Source of the DNA: Octopus vulgaris
Lineage: Eukaryota
Direction of reading: 5' to 3'
Length of the DNA stretch: 64,000 nt
Assembly: GCA_951406725.2 (NCBI GenBank)
Contig: OX597821.1
Location: 31,930,001-31,994,000, forward strand
The position numbers were made by a program, and so were the translations under genes. Shown piece by piece: positions 42,543 to 55,785 of this stretch (its first letter is position 1; every line of letters begins with the position of its first letter). A model generated the notes under the pieces. It saw only the letters and a list, made by a program, of their open reading frames with translations, made no database searches and was not told the origin of the DNA.

Positions 42543-43080
42543 CAGGGGTTCGACAAAATAATGGAAGCACCTTAAAATTTCAAACAAATATAATTTAATA
42601 TGGGGTAGGACCGCCTTTGGCAGTAATTACAGCTTGAATTCTACGAGCTATGTACTCGTACAAAATTTGAATTGTTTCCAAAGGGATTTTTGTCCATTCT
42701 TCAGTTAAAATAGTCTCTAAGTCTTGTAGTGCTGACGGTGCAAGATATCGACTACTTACGGGCTTTTCTAAAATGCACCATAAATGTTCAATAATATTGA
42801 GATCTGGGGACTGTCGTGGCTAGAAAATAGTTTCGTCCTCACTAGACTGTTCCTCGTGCCATTCAGAAACAACTTTAGATGTGTGAATTGGTGAATTATC
42901 ATCCTGAAAGATGTTTCCATTCCGGAAACAGTCTGCAAACATAAGATGAATTTGATCAAATAAACTGCTTAAATAGTCTTCATTATTAATTCTGCCATGA
43001 AGGGAAACCTTTGAGCCAGCGGATTTCCAAGATGTATCCTACCAGATCAGCACAGATCCTCCTCTATGTTAAACAGTCAG
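42543..43080 (-). mobile_element. Tc1 (DD34E) transposon, 3' half
   Basis: TIR-like caggggttcgacaaaataatggaagcacc; minus-strand HRGGSVLIW, FQDDNSPIH, SPDLNIIEHLW and RRIQAVITAKGGPTPY*. Confidence 0.9.
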
Positions 43081-43474
43081 CCCGCTCCACATCGTTCCCC
43101 CTCTGCCGAAAAGGCAATTGTTTCCAAACACGCCTGCTAGATAAGTTATATTTGTCTCATTTTGTCTAAAGTCGTAAGACACCTGCTGTTATCCTGTTAT
43201 TAACCATTCTTGTTTTTATTTTTGTTTTCGTTTTTCGTATTTATATTCGTCCCTGTTGCGTTTACATTCGTTCCTTTTTCCAAGAAATCTAATGCTCACA
43301 GCGTAGTTTTTCCTTGGGTCTGGCCGCGTTGGAGCAAATATCAGAATTAATCAGCCGAAATTTGCTATGATGATCCGGTTTCTGACTGAAGATTAAAGGC
43401 TTCGAATGACCCGTCTGTTTTCTGTGTTCGTCCCTTTGTGTATTTCACGTTCTTCTTTATATATAAATTTTATT

Positions 43475-43477
<3 letters not shown>

Positions 43478-43544
<67 letters not shown>

Positions 43545-43589
43545 GATAGATAGATAGATATATATATAGACAGATAGATAGATAGATAA

Positions 43590-43680
<91 letters not shown>

Positions 43681-43682
43681 CA
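43478..43682. repeat. (TA)n(GATA)n microsatellite
   Basis: Direct reading. Confidence 0.95.
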
Positions 43683-44515
43683 TCATAAATATTATATGAA
43701 AAATAACTGTATATCTTAAATTAATAGATTAATACATATTTCAGGACATGCTGAAATCTCTATTCATTTTGTAATATTTCCAGTGATAAAGAAGGGAAAA
43801 AAACATTTTAGTCAGTCCATTTCTACCTCATTATCCTTGGAAACGCAAACTTTGTGTCTTATCAGTTTAATAGTTTACCATACTTCTTCAAGGACTGAGG
43901 ACATGACGAGCCCTGCTATAATAAAAACGTTTTCTCTCCGGAATGTGGATGCAAATAACTTATACATATTGATCGTATAATAACTGACTTTCCATTTCCT
44001 ATCCGTCAACAGAAAGCAATATTTCTTTAGTGACCTGCTGATATATGAAAACAAAATCATACACTTAATATCACCATTATTTTACTTCCTTCATCTAATA
44101 TCATATAGCAATAAACAAGAATAATCTGCAAAATTGAATTTAAAATCATCTTTCAATTCTCATTTCTTATCGCTCTCCATTGTTCCCAAAGGTGCATCAT
44201 TCTATAATATAAATAACTGCTTTGAGATACTGTCTCTCGATATTCAATTATAACTAGATTTTTTTTTCGAGTGAGAGCGCTTTCTCCGACTTTTCATAAC
44301 CCGTTGGGTTTAAGCATATTATAAGGAAAGATATGTTCAACAAACAGGTAATATCTCCTTCGCCTTCAAAATCAATATTTTCCTGAACTAAATGTGAATT
44401 TCAATAGAGGTGATCTTATTAAAACGCCCAAACATTTTTTTTTGCTTTTTTGCAAACAACAGGAGACGATTTCATAACTTCATCAAACACAATTATCAAA
44501 TCTATGTTAAGGTGC

Positions 44516-44578
<63 letters not shown>

Positions 44579-44585
44579 TACATAC

Positions 44586-44668
<83 letters not shown>

Positions 44669-45169
44669 CATATATACATATGTATACATGCATTATGCAC
44701 GTGTGTGTGCGTATATGTTTCTGAATATAACATTGATCAATATATTGCAAACTTTGGAAATAATTTCTTTATAAAATCTCAGAACCGATATCTCAATTAC
44801 AAAATAACTCTATTGGATATTCATAAGTTTGTGGGCATAGACGATTGCTGTATTACAATATCCTGTCAAATCTAATGTCAGTACAGACGTAAACTTCGAG
44901 TTATAAAACCTATTCACTTTAAATTTTAATGTAGCGTATATTGAAGTAAACAATATTAGTAAAATGGTGTTAATATTTGTTTTGATCCCGCTCTCTCCCC
45001 CTGTCTCTTCCCTTCTCTCCCTCCTCCAAATCCATCTCTCTATCTATTTATCTAACTATATCTCTCTCGCTTTCTTAATCTCTGATTATCTATGTGTATA
45101 TATGTATATATTTTATGTATATTGTTTGTATGTATATATTTGTAACTTCTGATGATTTTGTTATGTATT

Positions 45170-45790
45170 TGTCTGAGTATTTTTTATCATATCTACTGCG
45201 CCTACTATGATAGGTATTGATTCTGTTTTTAGATTCCTCATTCAAGTTACCTCTACTTCCAGGTTTTTGTATTTTGAAAGTTGTCATCTGCTGGTATTGA
45301 TGCATCGATTAGAAAGCATTTTTTCTGCATGGTCTCTAACAACTATATCTGGCCTATTGGCCTTAATTTCTCTGTGTGTATTGGCATATCCCAGAGTATG
45401 GTTGCTTTCTCGTTTTCTGTGAACTTTCCTGGCATGTGCTTATACCATCTTTATGCTGTTGGTATTCAGTAGTGTTGGCATAGCTTCCAGTGTATGTAAG
45501 TCCCAACTCCGTCGTGTCTATGAATATATTCCTTCTTAGCCAGGACGGAGCAGCCAGAGATAATATGATTTATCGTTTCTTTTTCATCGCCACATATTCT
45601 GTAGTTACTTGTTATGTTTCTTTTCCTTATGTGTTTTTGGTAATTTCGGGTGGGGAGGCTTTCGTCTTGTGCTGCAATTGAAACTCCTTTAGTCTCTGCT
45701 TTGAATCTTGAGCTTCTCAAACATTGCTGGGAATTTTTCTCTGTCTATTTCTTTTGCATTTAGTTTAGCCTAGTATTTGCCACGAAGGTA
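45170..45790 (-). mobile_element. R4/Dong-like LINE fragment, subfamily 2
   Basis: AAQDESLPTRNY..RICGDEKETINHIISGC..YIHRHDGVG; colinear with 11700-12350. Confidence 0.9.
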
Positions 45791-48050
45791 AATTATAATC
45801 TATTTCATTTCTTTCTGTCCGTAGGCTATGTAAAACCTAGTAGTTAAACTGATTATTTTAGTCCTTAACTTGTTTTCAATAACATTAAGACTGAATGTCA
45901 ATCCTCTCTATAATGCCATACCAGACTTGTTTCTCCAATGTTCCAAATAATTTGAGACCTATATCCTCTGGTTTATTGCAGTATATAGGGATGTATTCCT
46001 GGAAACAGAGCTCCCGAGATACACAAAATATCCGAATACTTTTAAATCTATAACCTTCAACAAGATATATGTTTTCTCGTGCGTCTATAGAACTCAACTT
46101 CTTTCGGGTTTATCGTAACTTCAAATGAAATACAAGCACTAAAGAATAGGATAAATGCAAGAAAACACCTAAAGCGTATTGCTTTCCATCCTAAGTTATT
46201 AACCAATGTGGGAATGTAAGGTCGGATCAATGGACAGCATAGAATCGAAAAGAGGGATATGCCTCATCACTGCTATAATATTGGAAGAATGCAAAAATGA
46301 TTCTACCGTAAAAGAGGAAAGCTGTTATATATGAAAATGTGGAAATCTTTGTTAGTTACTATTTTGATATTCGCCACTGTTTCATGAAATCGTCACTGTT
46401 CATATGGCTCTAGTTGTAGTCGTTGTCGCAGGAACTCAACGTTGCCTGTCTATCAGTAGTATGCATCGTATTCTTCGGATACTTAGTACAGATATTGATA
46501 ACTTGGATACTTAAAACAACATATATAACAATATAGCAATTAAATGTCGCTAAGTATATTTCTAGTGCTTAATCACTGCCGTTCACAAAAGTGTAAGTTA
46601 ATTTCGTGTATATGCATGTAGCTTTTATCTCTGGTGAGCACTAAAAAAAAAAATTTGAGCTGCAGCTGGTCAGATGTGCATTATAAACGTCTTCGTCTTA
46701 AAAATATTTGTTACAATATTATGCAAAACCAGTCCATGTTTGAGAAGAAAGTTAATGCAAGATATACTTAATTAGTGTAAGTTATGCAGGAATGCTTGTG
46801 GTAAGGATCACTAAAACGGAAACGCTTTCAGATTAATAATTGCTATTTAGCATCTGCAACTCTTGATTGAGATTTTGACAATTTCTTAATTATTTATCAC
46901 ATCATAATTTATTGATAATTTAGAATTTTTGAAGTGATACATCTGTTGCAAGGTATAAGCAAAATAGAAGTGGGTGTCTTGTCAGCGGCTAAATTTCGAT
47001 GGCAACATCATTGAATATATCCTACTCCTGCTGTATCCTTCTAATTTGTAGGATCACACAATGGCATAAGTAATTATCCAAGGAATAATAAGTGTTATTT
47101 TCGTAACTTTAGTAAATCCTAATGGTTGACTGAATAATCGAAGCTTAATAGATTTCAGTGTTCAATTATGTGTATCATTAGTCCAAAACGAAGATATTAT
47201 GCTATTTTAAGAATACAGACCATTATCAGCTGATATCTAGAAATTTAAACTTGAGAAAATGATCGATTGTGTTCGTATTAAAAGCGTTATTAGGAATATC
47301 TGGAGCAAATGAAACCGCAATAAAAGCAGCATTGTATCTTTCCCAGTCTTTCCATTCACAGAGTTCATCGTAATTGCTCCTTGACGCAGAACAAAGGACA
47401 AGTAATACACTTATTGTTTGAAATAATTTGATGAACGTTGAAATTGTTCCGAGTCTCCGCCTTCTCAAGTAGAGTTTTACTACGCCTGTCTAAACTTAAT
47501 TTGAATACGAATTCGTGATTCGTGATTAGTACTGATAAAAGGTAAAGCACTGAACATAATTATATGCATAAATGTATGCATACACGCACATAGGCACAAA
47601 CATGTATGTATATATATATATATATATACATACAAATATAACACACACACAAACACACATATATACATATATATTACACATACGCTCATGGAGAAACAGA
47701 CACACGTTCACACATGCGTACACACATATACTATTTTAATTTGATAGCCCAATTGTTTCCATTCTATGCGTCTAGATTTTAATGAATCCAATAGGAGAGG
47801 TTCATGCTATTGTTGTTATTACATATACATACATACACACACACATATATACACATATATGTATATATACATATATACATACATAAATACACACATATAT
47901 ATATATGTATATAGATAGATATATAAATAAATAGATAGATAGATAGATACGTAGATAGAGTGATACATAGATAGATAGATAGTGCTGTTTCTTCGCCAAT
48001 TTTCATGTATCGCGGTTGGTTTTTGAACGTAACCCCCGCCATAGGATTAG

Positions 48051-48157
<107 letters not shown>

Positions 48158-48181
48158 GTGCATGTATGTGTTTGTATGTAC

Positions 48182-48229
<48 letters not shown>

Positions 48230-48294
48230 GAGTAAACACATAAATGTGAAACAAGGTGGAAAGAAGAGTACTCAAATACCAGTGGTAGAGTAAT

Positions 48295-48452
48295 ATGCTT
48301 CATTTAAATCAGCAGAAGATTCAACAAACCTGTTACTCTGAGTTTCCCGTTGCCGTTCATCGGTCAGTTAGCAAACACTGTCCGATGAACGGCAACGGGA
48401 AACTCAGAGTAACAGGTTTTGTTGAATTTTCTGATGCTTTAAATAAAGTATA
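48295..48452. mobile_element. Near-perfect ~70 bp hairpin element between (TA)n tracts
   Basis: ...acctgttactctgagtttcccgttgccgttcatcggtcagt [tagcaaac] actgtccgatgaacggcaacgggaaactcagagtaacaggt... Confidence 0.85.
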
Positions 48453-48505
48453 TATATATATATACATACATACTCACACGCACATATACATATATAGAGA
48501 GAGAG

Positions 48506-48545
<40 letters not shown>

Positions 48546-48879
48546 GAGTAACAGACATAGAGAAAGAGAGAGAGAGAGAGAGAGTGATTAAGCACCTATG
48601 GTGAAACCTCTCACGTCACATCGACGAATTGGGGTTCAGCAATTCAAAACTTTACAGTTTTATAATGAATGTGTGATGGTGTTGGTACTTTCATTTTGAC
48701 TTGCTGCAGAGCCTGCATGTTGAATATTACTTTGTTGTCGTGTAAGGGCATTCATCCGGGAGGGTTTAAGCCGGCTCCTATTGAGTTCACCGCGTCGTTG
48801 GGAGTTCATAGGAGTTTTCAATGATGATCAGATTCTACTAAAATAGTTCAAGTCTCTATTCGTAAGCCGGTATACACGA

Positions 48880-49150
48880 CCGATGACAGGTCGTCCTCGT
48901 GTTACGCCTTCTTGCCACCGGGTGCCCGCAGACGCTATTCAACACCACCAGGAAGATACCGTTTTCCGGAATAGATGCCGCCTAAAATTCACTATCGCTT
49001 TCCAGTTAGCCGGGCTGCAGCCCTAGCACCACCGGTGTCAGACCTGTCCGCCTTCGGTGGTCCTGCCATGCACTCGAAGTCCACGACGGCGTAGCACTGA
49101 TACTCACTCATTTAACCTTTCCACCACGATGAGGTAAAGTGTTGGGCCTT
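48880..49150 (-). mobile_element. RTE/BovB-like LINE 5' region remnant
   Basis: Minus strand acctcatcgtggtggaaagg...gctacgccgtcg...gcaggaccaccgaaggcggacaggtc resembles, from recall, the conserved 5' end of RTE-clade elements; locally GC-rich. Confidence 0.55.
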
Positions 49151-52100
49151 GAAGAAAGATGATGAATACTAACTATTATAGTAGGACTAGTTTTTTCTGA
49201 CCCAGTTCCACTCTCACGTCCCAGAAACTTGTATTAGTCTGGTGTAACAAGTGCCAAGTGGCCAATAATTATCAGGAAGCAAGATTTGAATAGATTTACA
49301 TTTTCTTAGGTAAGACAACTAAAGAGTTAAATAGCCACCTCCACCATGAATTAATATAGGAGACTAATGTAATACTGTGTCGGGATAATTAAACAATTGC
49401 TGGAAACCTGGCAGATGCTGCTATTCCGGGTCACAGTAAAACTGGGAACACCACTGGCTAAGATTTGCTTCCACCTTTCTCAAATCCCTAGGTCTCAGGA
49501 AAAAAGACTGCACACATGCATAGACGTACGCGCACACATACACGACATACATATATGCTTTCAAACAGGTGCATATACAACTGGATGCATTCATATGAAC
49601 GTATGTGTAAATCCTTCACACATATATATCCGAGGTTATATTAAGTAATACATACTTCTTTATTCACTTTAAGTAACAAATATATCTAGGAAAAGTTCGA
49701 ACGATTTAATCTTTGTTCTTCGGAAAAGATTCAATTATACGAAGTCCCTGGTATATTTCCCAATACTCGACACATACGTGTTTTAATCTCATTTGAAAAT
49801 CCCCAAACGTTAAATAAATTCCGTGACATGGTATCTCTTGCATCTAAACTGAGAAGAGTATGCATAGACGATATCTCTGGAGAGCATTATATCATATCCT
49901 CGGTGGATAAATTGGACAGTGATAAAAATGTTATATTACAGAAACATACATACAAGCAAATATACCCACATAAACATGTAAATACATACATAGGCTAATA
50001 CACACAGACATGCATACATATGTATATATGTATGTATACATATATATATATACATATATATATACATACACACATACACGCACACACACAAACATACACA
50101 CACAAACACACAGACACACTAATCTATGAATGTGCTAGTCTTGTTATATATTTATATATGTGTGTATCAGCGCACAGGTGTATGTATACATGAGGATGTA
50201 CGAGAGTGCTTGTGTATATATAGTGTGAGCTCATCTCTCTGAAATATCAAATAGAAATAATTTGTCATTGTCGGTAGGTAAATTTTATGAGGCAAGAGGG
50301 AGAAGTATATCAGCGGATGCATTATCTCTAGAGTGAGATTCTGAAATATAAATTTATTAATGTGTTCCACTCTCTAAACATGTACGACAATGCTATTTTT
50401 TTTTATTCTTTCCTTTTTTCTATGCTTGTTTTTGTTGTTCACTTTTATATATTTATTTCTTTGTTTTCGTCCTGAGAATGAATGTCAGCGTAGCTTTGCG
50501 GGCTAACGCAACACATATCCAATTACAAAAGCAAAGTAGATTGCTATATTAGATTAACAATTTGGCCAAATCTATTCAGAAAATTCTCTCGTTCTTACAT
50601 TATATTCTATCGCGTTTCAAGTAAAGTGCACGTACCGTATTGATAAAACGCTTGAGGTGAGAGACACCAAGATATTTATGAAAGCATGGAATAAATTTTC
50701 TTGATGCTTTACTGCTTATATTGTGGAATGATTTTTATCTATAAAAAGAAACGATGATAAATTCGTCGTAAATAGTAGCACTTCTGTGTATAAGGTTTAC
50801 AAAATCTAATTCTGAATATTACTGATAGCTTTCGAACGGGCTTTGCCATTCTTCTCCTGACTTTTATCAAGAAGCTACTAGATTGTGGTAAGTGACTGAG
50901 AATGGTGTATTATACTCAAGCAGGTGTAATAATGATGCTGTCTTCTTAGTTTGAAGCACGAATAGCATATTAGTGTGGCTTCGATTCTAGCTGTAACGAA
51001 CGTACGTATCGCTGATAAAGCTGTAGCTAATGTGCTCTGCTACTTTGATAGATTGGTGAGTAAGTAGACGGTAGTTGTTCTATTGTAAAGTATTACAAAA
51101 GAAAACTTGTGCGTTGTTTTTAGCCATATGCGTTATTAGTTTAAATTCATTTAATGAACAGAAAATCTTAAGTTGAATAGCGGCTATTGTTAGATAATCT
51201 TCAAACGGTGTATGTTATCGTGTTTTGACCTACTTATGTAAACATACCCCCACAATAGATATTCATATATATTTAAACAAATAATAATACCTGTCTATAT
51301 AATTGCCATTGCAGCATATCAGGCATTCTAAATAAAAACGGTAGATTATTTGAGACAAAACTGCGTCCAGTGTCTCTCATTCCATTTGATACTTTTGGGT
51401 CGTTTGAACATTTGCAATGGTCATCTGTTTCATTTCTTCGAACCTGAAACATTTACTTCGTGCGTAGTGAAACTAATATTTATTAACTCACAAACACGGT
51501 TCTAAACTATTTCACAAGGACAAACATCAGGTACAAGTGTTGAGACTGTTATATATGTTGTCATTAAGCAATTATATAAATACTCGTGTTATGAAGGCAA
51601 TTTCTATTTGTGTTATTCTATGTGTTTCTTGCGATATATCAACATTAAGATATTTAATGTTGATATAAGATATATAAACTGTTTCCCATCATTTATACAC
51701 TGGGTTTTATTATCACAGAAATGCGTATACAGTGCTTAAACCCACAAATGTCAGTTGATAAAATTTGAAAACAAAATTTTACTGTAAGATGTCGATGCCA
51801 AAGAAGTTTTGTCTGTATGCTAATCCGATTAGTGTTTGCTTCGTAAATGTCAGCTGAACGGTTAAACTGTTTTCCTACTGATCCGTTGTGTTTGTTTGTA
51901 TTTAATTCTCCCACGATATGCCTCTACATAAAGCATAGAATTTACGAAGAACCTAATTCTTAATTTAGTTTTATTCTGAAATTCCATAATACATTCATAT
52001 ATTAACCTGCTTGGTATTTCTTCAAAGATGCACGTAGTGTGTCTCTGATCATGTCTGAAATCTCGATCTGCATTTGGCTGGACACAAAATATGTCAGATT

Positions 52101-52428
52101 TCTAGCGGAATGTACGATACTACTTAATCTGTTAATAGTGTTTATAGACAACAAAAGTAACCTGTGGACGAATTTGTATATCTCAGTATGAACAGTGTCA
52201 TTCTTCAAATGTCCTTTGTACTAATATAAATTCATAAGCAAATATTATAGACTTTTATTCAATTACGTGGCTAAATATTTTTACGTAATGAACTAGTTTT
52301 AGTTATAAGCAATTATTTGATGCATGTGAACACATACTAGCATAAAATCTACATTAGGGTTATGACTATTTGAATGTTCTGGAAAAACAATTGCCTATAT
52401 GAAATGTCGATGAACAATTTCATATAAG

Positions 52429-54075
52429 TAGGGAAATAACCTTTATCTTATTTTTTAAAAAAGTATGTCACCCAAACTGAAGAAATCTAACACCACTTTT
52501 GACCCAAATCATGCAAAATTCCAATGGGGTTCATAATGCCTACTCACATTTTTACCAAATTTGGTGTACTGACTTAATGCAATGCAGAAGCAGTATATCT
52601 CAAATTTCAGCTCTTTACTTTAAGAGTTATAATGTTTTTAATTTCTTACCATTTAGGCCCTACTTTAGGAAATATCCTCTTCCTCTCCTTTTTTTTTTTT
52701 CTTTCTGTGACGCTAAAAAGTCTGATTCTATCAACTGTTTTTCGGAATAGTAGGCTTATCGAAGTAGAGTTTCTAAAATAATGTCTCATAGGACAAATGC
52801 TTGTGTCACTCAAAGTAACAAAAACATTTGGACGAAGAATCTCGTGCAATATCAGGACTCACACAAGAAAAGAAGACATTTTCCTCTTGAAGAGCATTCC
52901 TTGGAAATCAACTTCATGATACCAACGGAACTTAGAATTGTCGGTCGCTACCTGTTCTTTGTAGGTACCGTAAAAGGAACGAAAGAAAGAACAAAAGAAA
53001 CTTCAAAAGAAGTAACTCTTTTATAGCAAAAAGGAATTAAATTTCCCATATTTATCAATTCCAAATGTACAAGCAAAAGTATAAGTGCTGAATACATACG
53101 ATAAATGTGTAAAACGAGGAAGACACGATTAAATGAAAGGAATTTTTGATATCACAAAGGAAAACGGTGAATTGTTGTGCAGTGAGGTTAGGTATATATA
53201 TATAAGGGTTGGGTATGAAACTGAAAATGCAGCCAGTTCCAAAACTATCCATCCATCCGAAAGGAGAAAAGTGTCCTTATTGCTAACTTCAACCCGAGTG
53301 TCGTCAATGTCTAAAGCAGAACCTGAAAGTGAATATCAAGAGTTCGAAAAATCAGATAAAGAATCCACATATACAAGGAGGAAGCATAGCAAAATCTGGT
53401 ATTTGCAGATCGACTATCAAAGAAGCTGTTAAAATAAAACAGAAAATGAAGGAAACACTACATTTACAAAACCGGTCATTGTATATTGATGGGAAACGTA
53501 TTGATGACCGAGAAAACCAAGTGCTACTTTAAAAGAATGAACAGTTATAATTTAAGTTAGAAGCAGTCCAATTAACAAACGGAAAATCCGATATGGTTGT
53601 GAAAGGAATAAGGGCTGTTTTGGATGAATGTAATTTATGGAACTGTGTAAAGATGTTTGTCGCTGACACAATGAGTGTGAACACTGGGAAGAGAAATTAC
53701 ATTATCATTCAGTTGCAAAGACTGTTTACTCAAAAGTGTTTCAAAGAACCGCAATTTAGTGTTTGTCAGCATCATATCCTTGATAGGGTTCCTCGTCTTG
53801 TGATGGATAACCAAATTGGAGAAGAAAAAGTCATCTCCCAATATTGAATATACATTCATTCCAGAGCTTTTAAGTAATTACGAGAAACTCCAGGCTAATT
53901 CCGAGAATAGTGAAGAAAGGATTACTCAATCAGCTGGATGGTGCGATGACATGAAATTTCTATTTCATCTGATCAGGTTTTTTTCGTTTCTTTGAAGAAA
54001 CCAGAAAATTTCCTACTGCAATGTTTCAAAAATATCCGACTTAAGTAATGCAAGAAATTCCCAGAACAAATCAGA
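52429..54075 (+). mobile_element. Decayed hAT-superfamily (hATm-like) transposon
   Basis: Fragments SLYIDGKRID, MFVADTMSVNTGKRN and CQHHILD (CxxH motif); many stops; boundaries approximate. Confidence 0.7.
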
Positions 54076-54333
54076 TTGCAGCACAGGCAGTCAGGTGCCT
54101 TCCAGATCTTTATGACGTTTGTAAAAAGGAGAAATTTCAGCTTCGATTTATTTTATCTAACAAAACATCATTTCTTTGTTATGTTTGAAATGTTGCTAAT
54201 ATCCCGCACCTATTTTCTTGTACATTACTGCCTAAGGTTATTACGTTGGAAAAAAGTCATATATAGATTCTACATAAACATAGTCCAGTTCTATATTTCA
54301 GATATGAGGAATTAAGTACATTATTCATATTAG

Positions 54334-54481
54334 TTACATTTTGACGGATATTTTTCCTCATCTTGTTTGTTGTTAACACAACTTTTCGGCTGATATACCG
54401 TTCAGCCTTCATCAGATGTCTTGTGCAAATTTCGAACGTGGGTTTTCATTCACAGGGTATTTTTCGATATTATTTTTATTA

Positions 54482-54541
<60 letters not shown>

Positions 54542-54670
54542 CAGGTCACTGCCTGGAATCGAATTCGGAATCCCTAAGATTCACACCATAATTACCCACG
54601 GGCATATGGCGTAGTTGTTAACAGCGCGCGCTACTAACCCCAAGATTCCGAGTTCGATCCGTAGCAGTGA

Positions 54671-54757
<87 letters not shown>

Positions 54758-54812
54758 TAATAATAATAATAATAACAACAACAACAACAATAATAATAAT
54801 AATAACAACAAC

Positions 54813-54844
<32 letters not shown>

Positions 54845-55028
54845 CAACAACAACAACAATAATAATAATAACAACAACAACAACATCGAAAAATACATAA
54901 GAAATAAGAAACCAGTTTCGAAATTTCCCCAAGGCATCTGATGAAATCTGGAGGGTATATCAGCCGAAAATCTGTGTTAACAAACAGGATGAGGACAAAT
55001 ATCCTTCAAATGTAGATAATGTAAATAA
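54334..55028. mobile_element. Head-to-head inverted pair of a tRNA-headed SINE-like element with (AAT)n spacer and hammerhead-bearing tail (family C)
   Basis: Plus unit 54600-55028 has A box tggcgtagttgtta and B box gagttcgatcc, then (AAT/AAC)n and a tail. The minus unit 54334-54572 is a head-truncated mirror copy. Confidence 0.85.
54375..54420 (-). ncRNA. Hammerhead-like motif (partly degenerate)
   Basis: Minus strand: GACAT-CTGATGA-A-GGCTG aacggtatat CAGCC-GAAA AGTT-GTGTT; mirror copy at 54933-54978. Confidence 0.6.
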
Positions 55029-55344
55029 AACACTCTAATGTGTTTTGCTTTTACTCCACTTGAATTATACAATGTGAAATGCAATATTGCGAATAATACA
55101 GTATTAGCGAAGGCATGTTACACAGCGGATATTAAACATTTAATATCACTTCCAAATTAATATTCATGTAAATAATCAGAAATGTGCTTAAAAGAATATA
55201 AATTTAACAATGTGTCTGTCACAATATGACGCCATTACTGTCATAAGGCATTTACCCGTGCTTCATGTTCGACCGCTTAAATTTTATTTCCGAAAAACAC
55301 GTGCCTCGCGCAAGTGGTTAGCTTAATATTTGGTACGACTCTGT

Positions 55345-55430
55345 TTGTACATTCTTAACATTATTTACAGATGTCTTGGGAAAACTTCGAACCTGGGCTC
55401 TCATTCCTGAGGTAGTTTTCGATATTATAA
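55345..55430 (-). mobile_element. Deleted fragment of family C tail
   Basis: cagatgtcttgggaaaacttcgaacctgggctctcattcctgaggtagttttcgatatt matches 54413-54472. Confidence 0.7.
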
Positions 55431-55434
55431 TAAC

Positions 55435-55503
<69 letters not shown>

Positions 55504-55628
55504 TCCTTATCTCTTAACTATAGAACTGTAATATTTGAGTACTGTATATCTATGAGTATAATAAAATCTTCCGACCATCTATTCTGCATCCGTGTGTGTA
55601 CATGTCTTCATATAGTAAATAACACAGA

Positions 55629-55710
<82 letters not shown>

Positions 55711-55752
55711 CGTGCGTGCGTGTGTGTGTGCTGGATTTTCCTATGTCTCCTG

Positions 55753-55785
55753 TTTCCGAAGAAGAGCTTTGCTCGAAGCGTAAAA
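55753..55785 (+). ncRNA. Degenerate hammerhead-like motif
   Basis: TTT-CCGAAGA-A-GAGC ttt GCTC-GAAG CGTA-AAA; two core mismatches. Confidence 0.4.

Noticed and set aside
45885-46330. Possible CR1-like RT C-terminal remnant on the minus strand
   Set aside because: No unambiguous motif could be recovered.
47226-47468. 80 aa non-repetitive ORF (..ELCEWKDWERYNAAF..) as a host exon
   Set aside because: No recognisable domain, no convincing splice context, and flanking frames are closed.
51635-51667. 14-bp perfect inverted repeat
   Set aside because: Short, AT-rich and isolated; plausible by chance or local slippage.
54600-54674. tRNA gene with an ACT anticodon
   Set aside because: The anticodon and acceptor stems do not pair properly, and it is embedded in a repeated element; treated as a SINE head.
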